DNA of 61,662 nt, filler included, from Candidatus Babelota bacterium (GTDB lineage: Bacteria; JAGOBX01), in the NCBI GenBank assembly GCA_017999075.1. It is 13 parts of 13 records of this genome, joined end to end, with 100 filler letters (N's around TTAATTAATTAA, not from the genome) between each part and the next. Parts side by side here need not be neighbours in the genome. Positions count along the whole stretch, not along the records: positions 23,281 to 37,100 come from JAGOBX010000040.1; positions 37,201 to 40,183 come from JAGOBX010000515.1; 11 more parts are not named here. One strand, written 5' to 3'. The translations under genes were made by a program, and so were the position numbers. Shown here one piece after another: positions 28,940 through 37,277 of the stretch (position 1 is its first letter; every line of letters begins with the position of its first letter). The notes beneath the pieces are model-generated. The model was not told where the DNA came from, ran no database searches, and saw only the letters and a program-made list of their open reading frames with translations.

Positions 28940-30072
28940 TTTGGATCAGTTTTTTCCGTATCAATATTTCTAAACGCCGATTTACAATTCGTCCGGCCTT
29001 TTAAATCAGACATTGATACACAATTTTTACAGCAGTATCTTGATAAATTATTTGTAATAATTTCCCAACGCAGTTTCCTGTATCCCGCACTATTCCAAAT
29101 TTTAAAAAAATCATTTTTTATAAGATTTCCCCATGGCATTTCATTATACCAGAATTCACACGGAGTAAATTCTCCATTCGGATATGCCTGAATTTTATGC
29201 CAGGGAAACGAACATTTTCTTAACGGCAACCGATTTTCATTTAATAAATTGTGATTTTCATATTTATCTTCTTCATCAAATTTATCCGGTATTCTAAAAA
29301 TATCAATACTATATTTTTTAGCGTCAGAAACCACTTTATCATAAAATTCATTATATTCTTTTTTATAATTCCACATTGACTCATTTAAAACTTCAGAAGC
29401 TTTTTTATTTATTTGAATATGCCATAAATGTATAACTTTTATTTTTAATTCCGCGGCAAGTTTCATATAATTCTCATCATAATTTTCGACTGTTTTTTTC
29501 ATGATCACAAAATTAAAATGAATCTCCGGTCTTAATTTGCCATATTTCATTTTATAAAAATTAATTTTTTTTATATTGTCAATCACTTTATCGACATTTC
29601 CATTTGTTTTTATCCATTTATAAATTTCCGGTTTATATGAATCAAAAGAAACCTGAATATGTTTTACATTATTTTCGACAATACATTCAGCATGCTCTTC
29701 ATTTAACAAATTCAAATTTGACATTATAAAAATATCGGGAATATTATATTTTTTATTGGTTAATTCAAGAATTTTGCTGAAATCAGGATGTTCCAAACTT
29801 TCAACAGTAGGAGAAAAAGCTATTTCTTTAACATACGGAAAAACATTATCTGCCAGTTTTATAAAATTATCTAAAGTCAAAATTTGATGTTCGGGTTCAG
29901 GTAAAATATAATGATGGCACATTTTGCATTTCATAGAACAATAATTTACCAGACTTAAAAACAAATGCAAAAACCTTGTTCCGTCATATTTATACTTTCC
30001 TTCAAAATAAAATAAAAAATTTTTATATAAAAAATTTTTTAATAACTGTTTTATTTCAGGATCAATAAACAT
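28936..30072 (-). CDS. Radical SAM protein with twitch/SPASM domain
   Basis: CSMKCKMC; C-terminal CSFPW..G.FTPC..GNL..IWN..CCKNC. Confidence 0.9.
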   Translation of the reverse strand: MFIDPEIKQLLKNFLYKNFLFYFEGKYKYDGTRFLHLFLSLVNYCSMKCKMCHHYILPEPEHQILTLDNFIKLADNVFPYVKEIAFSPTVESLEHPDFSKILELTNKKYNIPDIFIMSNLNLLNEEHAECIVENNVKHIQVSFDSYKPEIYKWIKTNGNVDKVIDNIKKINFYKMKYGKLRPEIHFNFVIMKKTVENYDENYMKLAAELKIKVIHLWHIQINKKASEVLNESMWNYKKEYNEFYDKVVSDAKKYSIDIFRIPDKFDEEDKYENHNLLNENRLPLRKCSFPWHKIQAYPNGEFTPCEFWYNEMPWGNLIKNDFFKIWNSAGYRKLRWEIITNNLSRYCCKNCVSMSDLKGRTNCKSAFRNIDTEKTDPK

Positions 30073-30078
30073 ATTACT

Positions 30079-31251
30079 TTACTCGAAAACAATTTCTCTG
30101 AATGAATCAGGATCATTAACATTTCCCTTTAAATCCGACATTGATACGCATTTTCTGCAGCATGTCCTTGATGGTTTATTAAAAGCAATTTCCCATCTTA
30201 ATTTTTTGTATTGATCGCTTTCCCATATTTCTTCAAACTTATCATTTATTAAATTTCCCCATGGTTTTTGATTAAACCAGAATTCGCACGGCTTAAACGT
30301 ACCGTTTGGATAAACAACAAGAATATACCACGGATATCTGCATTTAGGTTCAAACTTATTTGTTTCAGGTTTAATATGATTTAAACTCTCATCCTTCAAA
30401 TTAAATTTTTCAGGAATACGTTCGATTGAAACTCCGTATTTTTTAGAATCAATTATAACTTTATCGTAAAATTCATTATATTTTTCTTTATGATGCCACA
30501 TTGATTCACTACTCATTTCTTTCACGTCTTTATAAACAACCACATGAAAAAAACCCACCGACGTTCCTCCTATTTCCTTGACAAATTTCAAGTAACCGTC
30601 ATAATTCGAAACAGAAGTATTCATTAAAACAAAATTAAAATTTATAAGAGGATATTCTGTATTATATTTTTTTTTAAAATTATTTATCATTTCAATATTC
30701 TTAATCAGAACTTCAAATTTAGCGCCGCGTTTTATATCCTCATATATATTTTTTTTATAACTGTCCATAGAAATTAATAATCTGTAAAATTTCATCCGCA
30801 CTAATTTTTCAGCAATTTCTTCAGTTAAAAGCTGGAGGTTTGTCATCATCCACATCTTCGGGACATTATAATTTTTCAGTATATCGAGCAATCCGGAATA
30901 ATTGCTGTGAACCAAAGGGTCAGTGCACGGAGAAAAAGCGATTTCTTCGGTTTTATATAAAACATTATCTCCGAATTTTTTAAAATCATCCAATTTAATC
31001 TGTTTAGGATCTTTCGGGTGATCTCCTAAAAATCCGAAATGACACATTTTGCAATGTAAATTACAAGTATCCTGAATATCCATAAATATCGTAAGAAATC
31101 TTTCGCGGGGTGGTTTAAACTTAATATATTTATAATATCCCGGAAAATATTTTTGAAAATAATATTTAAGTTTATACGGATAAATTTTTTTAACCAATTT
31201 TATTAAAAATGGATCCGCAATTAAAGAATTATTCATATTTTCCCCGAACAT
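30079..31251 (-). CDS. Radical SAM protein with twitch/SPASM domain (paralogue of neighbour)
   Basis: CNLHCKMC; C-terminal CRYPW..G.FKPC..GNL..IWE..CCRKC; shares EIAFSP, ESMW and CVSMSDLKG with 28936-30072. Confidence 0.9.
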   Translation of the reverse strand: MFGENMNNSLIADPFLIKLVKKIYPYKLKYYFQKYFPGYYKYIKFKPPRERFLTIFMDIQDTCNLHCKMCHFGFLGDHPKDPKQIKLDDFKKFGDNVLYKTEEIAFSPCTDPLVHSNYSGLLDILKNYNVPKMWMMTNLQLLTEEIAEKLVRMKFYRLLISMDSYKKNIYEDIKRGAKFEVLIKNIEMINNFKKKYNTEYPLINFNFVLMNTSVSNYDGYLKFVKEIGGTSVGFFHVVVYKDVKEMSSESMWHHKEKYNEFYDKVIIDSKKYGVSIERIPEKFNLKDESLNHIKPETNKFEPKCRYPWYILVVYPNGTFKPCEFWFNQKPWGNLINDKFEEIWESDQYKKLRWEIAFNKPSRTCCRKCVSMSDLKGNVNDPDSFREIVFE

Positions 31252-34196
31252 CTGTAAAATATTTTTAAAACAAAACCCAATAATTTTGAAACAGGTTTTA
31301 ACAAAATTTTTTCCGGCAACGTAACAGTATTGAGTATATTTTTTATATAAATTGTATCTTGAAGATTATCGCATAATCCGGAACACGGCAAATTATAATT
31401 ATTGATTTTTGTTTTGTCCAATTGATACGTTAGTTTTCTAAACTCAATTTGTTTTTTGCCGTTCCATATATCAGCAAAACTATTTTCATTAATATTTCCT
31501 CTTGCATTTACTATACGGCAGCATGAATTGAATATTCCATCAGGAAAAATCTGAAAATACGCCCACCCTGCATAACAATTAAATTTTTTAAAAAGTCCGC
31601 TGTCGTATTCGGCATCATTATTTTTTTTTTCAATAATATTTTTTAAACGCCTTTCAAAAAAATCAAATTCTATCAAATCAACTTTATGGCAATATTTTTT
31701 TTCAAATAAATTCATTACTGATTTTATTTCTAAAGCTTCCTGATATATTTTTTCAGCCTGTTCGTGAGTCAGCATAAGTTTTTCTGTTTGTCCTTTGACA
31801 ATATCGACATGAGTAAATCTTATCTGTGAAGATTTTGTAATATATGCAAGCTCTATCATTCCTTTAAACTCAAAAAAATTCAAACTTAAAATAACATAAT
31901 TCAATATTACATTAACATTTTTTTTCTTCGACAGCCGCATAAGATTAATTTTGGAAATACTGCTGATAAGGTTATTATATATTTCCGGACTGGCTGACGG
32001 ATGCGTTATTTTATAAGTTTCTGCCGAAGCTGCCCATAAACTTATAATAACAGTATCAACATTATTATCAATAAGCATTCTTATCTTTCGGTTATCCATA
32101 TTAAGAAAATTAGTATTTAAATCTATCCGCGAATAAGGTTTTGATTTAATAAGTTTTATTAAATTTTCTATTTTACTGTAAAGCATTGGTTCTCCGCCGC
32201 CGGAAATCGAAAAATAAAAAGTTCCGTTATCAAGAAGATATTTCACGGTTTCGGAAAGTTTTGAAAACGGGATTTCAACAGTTCTCAAAGTTTTATCAAG
32301 TTTTTTATCTTCCTGAATTTCAGGAGAATAACACCAGCATGCAATGCAGTTTGTATTGCATTTATAAGTCGGACAAATCGAAAATCTGTATGGAGCATTA
32401 AAAGCTAAAAAATGCGTATTAACACTTAAATAAAGTCTGTATGCATAAATTTTATTTTTTATCTTTAATTTAACTCTTCTGATTTTTTGAAAAAACAAGT
32501 CAAAATTAAAATTTATAATCAAATCAATAATATGAAGACGTTTTGCAAGACGGGTTGAATCTTTAAATCCTGAAATGTCTATATTTCTGATCGGAAAAAC
32601 TTCAGAATTATCAATATTTTGAATAAAACCAATTTGAGACAAAACAATAACAGTAACAGCCGAATAATTCCATAAAATATCTTCATTCAATTTTATTTTA
32701 GTTTCTAATTTTAATGCTATTTCTTTTACAGAAAGATTTCCTGCGCACTCATTATAAAACATCCTGACAAATTTAATGTATTCAGCTATTTTTAACATTC
32801 TTTTAAAAAAAGAACTGTCAGGCTGAATAAAAATATATACTGAAGAAATCATAGCTTTAACGCATAATAAAATTTCCCTGTAAGTAAGTTTTTCAATCTG
32901 TTTTACAGGAATCTCATATAACAGAGAATCAGGTATGAAATTAACTCTGTGATGATAATAATCCGACCATTTTTTTGCATTGACTATACCGATATTCTTT
33001 GCTTCTTCAAACAATTTTGTCCCGGGGTGGGGGGTGCACAGCTGACCAATATATAATGGCACGGGAAGCGGATGAAAATATTTTATCCAGCCGCATTCTT
33101 TTAAAATTTTATCGATAATTTCCGCTTGTTTATAATAAGTTGTAAGCGTATCTCCAGGATTTAACGCCATATAAGTAAACATCGGTACCATATTATTTTT
33201 CTTCAAAATTTCTGCTGCTTCAAGAGTAACCTCTATATTTTCTTCTTTGTTTACTGCTTTATGTGACTGCGCGTCAGCAGATTCAATCCCCATCTCCATT
33301 CCTATGCATCCTGATTTTTTTATTAACGGCATCAGCTCCGAACATTGAACTATATGCGATGCCCGGGTCAGTCCAAGCCATTGAATTTCAAGGCCGCGCG
33401 TAATAATTTCATTACATAAATCTCTGATGTAATCTTTTTTTAAAAACAGGTTGTCGTCCCAAAAATGTATTTTATCAATTTTTAAATCATTAGAAATTTT
33501 TTCAATTTCGTCAACTACATTTTTTACGCTCCGCCAGCGAAGTTTGCGTTTCCAATGATACGGCGAAACGCAGTAACTGCATGCATACGGACAACCTCTG
33601 GAGCCCATAACAGGCATACGCCTGCCTCCTGTTATATGCATAGGAGTATCATAATTTTCCATAGGCATTAAATCCCATGCCGGAAATGGAATCGAATCCA
33701 AATCCTCTATAAATTCGCGGTCTCCTGAATATTTAAACATTCCATCTGATTTAAAAACAATTCCTTTAACTAAATTTAAATCGTTCTTTTTATTCAATGC
33801 CTGAAGCAATTCTATAATTGTTGTTTCACCTTCAAATTTCACTACATAATCGGCATATTCCAGACTTTCTTCAGGATAAATGGAAGGGTGCACTCCGCCT
33901 GCTATAATAGTTATTTTATCATCAAAAATTTGTTTTACTGATTTCATTATAGAAAAAGCAGAATCAGCCATAGCAGTCCAATATGAAATCATCAAAATAT
34001 CAGGATTAAATTCAATGATGTATTTCAAAGCATAATCTATAGAAAGATTTCCAGATTCCATATCCAGAAATTTAACTGATACATCAGGAAATTCTTTTCT
34101 TATTACCGCAAGCAGATACCCTATCCCAAGCGGCAAAATCCGTTTATGCTTATAATTCATCTCAAGCGGCGGCTGAATAAAAAGAATCCTATTCAA
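31233..34196 (-). CDS. Fusion: B12-binding radical SAM + second radical SAM/SPASM domain
   Basis: PLGIGYL, AGGVHP, SRGCPYACSYC, then CNTNCIAC, SGGGEP and CYAGW..CC..GNI..IWN; likely TTG start at 34196 after GGAG (ORF track starts at 34250). Confidence 0.9.
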   Translation of the reverse strand: MNRILFIQPPLEMNYKHKRILPLGIGYLLAVIRKEFPDVSVKFLDMESGNLSIDYALKYIIEFNPDILMISYWTAMADSAFSIMKSVKQIFDDKITIIAGGVHPSIYPEESLEYADYVVKFEGETTIIELLQALNKKNDLNLVKGIVFKSDGMFKYSGDREFIEDLDSIPFPAWDLMPMENYDTPMHITGGRRMPVMGSRGCPYACSYCVSPYHWKRKLRWRSVKNVVDEIEKISNDLKIDKIHFWDDNLFLKKDYIRDLCNEIITRGLEIQWLGLTRASHIVQCSELMPLIKKSGCIGMEMGIESADAQSHKAVNKEENIEVTLEAAEILKKNNMVPMFTYMALNPGDTLTTYYKQAEIIDKILKECGWIKYFHPLPVPLYIGQLCTPHPGTKLFEEAKNIGIVNAKKWSDYYHHRVNFIPDSLLYEIPVKQIEKLTYREILLCVKAMISSVYIFIQPDSSFFKRMLKIAEYIKFVRMFYNECAGNLSVKEIALKLETKIKLNEDILWNYSAVTVIVLSQIGFIQNIDNSEVFPIRNIDISGFKDSTRLAKRLHIIDLIINFNFDLFFQKIRRVKLKIKNKIYAYRLYLSVNTHFLAFNAPYRFSICPTYKCNTNCIACWCYSPEIQEDKKLDKTLRTVEIPFSKLSETVKYLLDNGTFYFSISGGGEPMLYSKIENLIKLIKSKPYSRIDLNTNFLNMDNRKIRMLIDNNVDTVIISLWAASAETYKITHPSASPEIYNNLISSISKINLMRLSKKKNVNVILNYVILSLNFFEFKGMIELAYITKSSQIRFTHVDIVKGQTEKLMLTHEQAEKIYQEALEIKSVMNLFEKKYCHKVDLIEFDFFERRLKNIIEKKNNDAEYDSGLFKKFNCYAGWAYFQIFPDGIFNSCCRIVNARGNINENSFADIWNGKKQIEFRKLTYQLDKTKINNYNLPCSGLCDNLQDTIYIKNILNTVTLPEKILLKPVSKLLGFVLKIFYRCSGKI

Positions 34197-34341
34197 AAAT
34201 AGCAGCTCCAATTTTTTATATTTTTTTACTGACCTTGCGACCAGCGCCATTTTAATATTTCCGATTGCGGCGCAGTATTAAAAACATCTGCAAACTTTAA
34301 ATTAAAAACTTAAGCATCAAAACCGAAATATTTATAAACTT

Positions 34342-36912
34342 CTACATATCCAAATTTTTAACTAAAATTTCATATAGTCGCCTGATAATTTTTTTTTGAG
34401 AATATTCAGATTCAACTGTTTTTACAGAATTTTCAGAAACAGCACAATATAATTGCTTGTCCGTTGAAAGACTGATCATATATTTAACAAATTCGTCTTT
34501 TGAATCTGCAAGCATCCCGTTTTTTTTATGTTTTATTATATTTCTTGTTTCTCCAAAATTATGAGATACAGTTGGTAATCCCATTGCCATATATTCAAAA
34601 AGTTTCGTCGGACTTTTTGATTCCATCCATTCTCTGTTTTCATTGTCAGGAATTAACGGCAACAATCCGATTCCTGATTTTTCAAGAAATTCAGGCATTT
34701 TGTCAGGATGAAGGTATCCGGTAAATTTTATCGGCAGATCAGGAAAATGATGTTTTTTAAATTCTTCAAGGTTTTTCATATACGCTCCATCGCCAGCTAT
34801 ATGAAATTCGCTTTTTTTCAAAACTTTATAAACTTCATAAAAACATTCCATCAGAAATACTATGTTATCAAAAATCACTTTTCCCCATACCATTCCGTTC
34901 CATACAAAAATATTTTTTTCATCATTAAATTTCCTGTTAGAACTGATTTTAAATTTATCTGTGTCAACTCCTGTTGGTATGTAAAATGTTTTTTCATTAA
35001 ATTCCTTGAAGATATTAAGCAAATAATTGCTTGACACAATGCATAATTCGGCTCTTTTCGCAATATTTTCAGTTATTTTCGATATATTTCCAGAACCAAA
35101 AATAAACTTATTAAGCAATGGATTTTTAAACATGGGCGACCTGTCAAAATCAAAATCGTCGTAATCAAGAATTATCTTTTTCAATTTCAATTTTGAAAGA
35201 ATATACGACGCAGCAGAATGATAATGAATTTTTTGAAGATACAAATAGTCCGAAGAATCAGCTGCTAAATGAATTAACGATTTAATCATTGCAGTAATTC
35301 TACCGCGTTCTGAAATATTCAGCATATCTTCTCCGGAAATTTCAGGAAAAAATTTTTCCTGATACGAATATACTTTTGTAGTCATTCCGTACCGATTCAA
35401 TCCTTTAGAAAAATCATAGCATCTGACACGCGTATAAGGTTTATGATAATCTGTTAATCCCACAAATATTATATTTTTATTTTTATTTAAAACAGATAGC
35501 AGCCCGGTTTTCACCTTATTTTTCTTAATTTTTTTATACGCTTTTTTAACAGCATTTTCAAGTTGTTCCGGTTTCATATTCTCATGGTTTATGACGCATT
35601 TATTATATCCGTCATACAAAAAATAATTTTCTGTTAAAAGACGGTTTTCTTCTTTAAGTTTATCATAATACCTGCTTCCAGGAAATGGAGTGGCTATAGA
35701 AAACTGAACAGTATCAGGATTCAACTCAATTGCAGTTTCAATTGTTTTATCAATAGTTTCCAATGTTTCTCCAGGAAGTCCGAAACAAAAAGTCAAATGA
35801 ACTTTAACTCCGATTTGTTTTGTGAATTTTATAATTTTTTTTGCAGTTTCAAGGTTAAGCGATTTATCCATTGAATTTATTATTTCCTGCGATCCGCTTT
35901 CAAGCCCGTATTTTACTGATTTAAAACCGCTCCGTTTTAAAACCACCAATAAATCTTCTGTCATCAAATCTGCGCGGCACATAGCAGCCCAATCAATATT
36001 TATTTTTTCATCAATCAGCCTGTTTGCAAAATCATAACAGAATTCTTTGTTCACATTGAAAGTATCATCGTCAAAATACAATGATTTTATATTATAATTT
36101 TCAATCAAATGCTTTATTTCTGAAACTATATTTGAAACCGAACGCTGCCTGAAATTTTTCCCTCCGTAAATTATTTGAGGCCAGGCGCAGAATATGCAAC
36201 CGAACGGGCATCCTCGCGATGCAGTGATTTGAACAGAAGGCGTATTTATTCCTGAGGGAACATCCCAATAATTTTCAGGAGGAAAAGAAACTCTGTCAGG
36301 ATACGGAAGAACATCAAGATTTTTCAGCAAATCTCTGCGGCCTGTATTAAAAATCTCATCGTTCTCAGGTTTAATGCTGTATTTATAATTCTTTTTATAT
36401 AACAGTCCTTTTATTCCGCATAAATCTTTATCGTCCCTTAATGAAACACATAATTCAAGCATTATAAATTCGTATTCACCGATAAGAACATAATCAACAT
36501 TCTTATAATGGTTTTTTATAAATTCCGGCGAATACATGAAACTGTGAAGTCCTGCAAAAACAATTTTCGCCGACGTGCGGAGTTTTAAATATTCCGCATC
36601 TTTCAAATCTTTTTCTATCGAAACCGAACTTACTTCAAGAAGAATAATATCTGGTTTAAAACTAACTATCTTATCTAAAAAATCCTTTTCGCTTAAAAGT
36701 TCCGCCGCACCGTCTATTGCTAAAACTTCAAATCCGTTTTGTTTTAACAAACTTGAGGTGTACCCCAGAAAAAAAGGGTACGGCATATAGCAGATTGACC
36801 CGTCATTCTTAAATTTTTCAAAATGAGGCCATCTGCTTCCAGCTCTTACAAAATAAAATTTTTCCTGTCCTGATTTTTTATAAAAAGGACTATTGCATAA
36901 AGCTATCTTCAT
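34342..36912 (-). CDS. Fusion: B12-binding radical SAM + GT4 glycosyltransferase
   Basis: RAGSRWP N-terminus, SRGCPFGCIFC, FDDD, GLESGS; C-terminal GT-B with PTGVD and KSPTKLFEYMAMG. Confidence 0.9.
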   Translation of the reverse strand: MKIALCNSPFYKKSGQEKFYFVRAGSRWPHFEKFKNDGSICYMPYPFFLGYTSSLLKQNGFEVLAIDGAAELLSEKDFLDKIVSFKPDIILLEVSSVSIEKDLKDAEYLKLRTSAKIVFAGLHSFMYSPEFIKNHYKNVDYVLIGEYEFIMLELCVSLRDDKDLCGIKGLLYKKNYKYSIKPENDEIFNTGRRDLLKNLDVLPYPDRVSFPPENYWDVPSGINTPSVQITASRGCPFGCIFCAWPQIIYGGKNFRQRSVSNIVSEIKHLIENYNIKSLYFDDDTFNVNKEFCYDFANRLIDEKINIDWAAMCRADLMTEDLLVVLKRSGFKSVKYGLESGSQEIINSMDKSLNLETAKKIIKFTKQIGVKVHLTFCFGLPGETLETIDKTIETAIELNPDTVQFSIATPFPGSRYYDKLKEENRLLTENYFLYDGYNKCVINHENMKPEQLENAVKKAYKKIKKNKVKTGLLSVLNKNKNIIFVGLTDYHKPYTRVRCYDFSKGLNRYGMTTKVYSYQEKFFPEISGEDMLNISERGRITAMIKSLIHLAADSSDYLYLQKIHYHSAASYILSKLKLKKIILDYDDFDFDRSPMFKNPLLNKFIFGSGNISKITENIAKRAELCIVSSNYLLNIFKEFNEKTFYIPTGVDTDKFKISSNRKFNDEKNIFVWNGMVWGKVIFDNIVFLMECFYEVYKVLKKSEFHIAGDGAYMKNLEEFKKHHFPDLPIKFTGYLHPDKMPEFLEKSGIGLLPLIPDNENREWMESKSPTKLFEYMAMGLPTVSHNFGETRNIIKHKKNGMLADSKDEFVKYMISLSTDKQLYCAVSENSVKTVESEYSQKKIIRRLYEILVKNLDM

Positions 36913-36919
36913 TCGCGAA

Positions 36920-36948
36920 AGTATATATTTACGATTTCTTTAAGTCAA
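36920..36948 (-). promoter_or_regulatory. Sigma70 promoter of the radical-SAM operon, giving a leaderless transcript
   Basis: TTGACT-17 nt-TATACT with ATG 7 nt downstream and no SD. Confidence 0.65.
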
Positions 36949-37277
36949 GAATTTTTCAAGCTATATATGATAGTTCAATTTCGAGAACTCAACATGACAT
37001 TCGATAAATTACAGAGTTTAAAGAAAAAAAAGCCGCCTACAAAAATCATAAAACAGCAAAAAATGGAATTTTTTGAAAAAAATATTTTTCAACCAATTTT
37101 NNNNNNNNNNNNNNNNNNNNNNNNNNNNNNNNNNNNNNNNNNNNTTAATTAATTAANNNNNNNNNNNNNNNNNNNNNNNNNNNNNNNNNNNNNNNNNNNN
37201 TATTAGATAAAAATAAACCTAAAAAGTTCAAAAAATATTTATATTATATTCAACGTTTTAATATTAAGAGCTTTTAT

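Noticed and set aside
26214-37100. RiPP cluster interpretation of the SPASM enzymes
   Set aside because: No precursor peptide, RRE/PqqD domain, peptidase or exporter; glycosyltransferase fusions point to sugar substrates.
36967-37100. Short + strand ORF divergent from the radical-SAM operon
   Set aside because: Truncated at the contig end, low complexity, no SD or recognisable motif.
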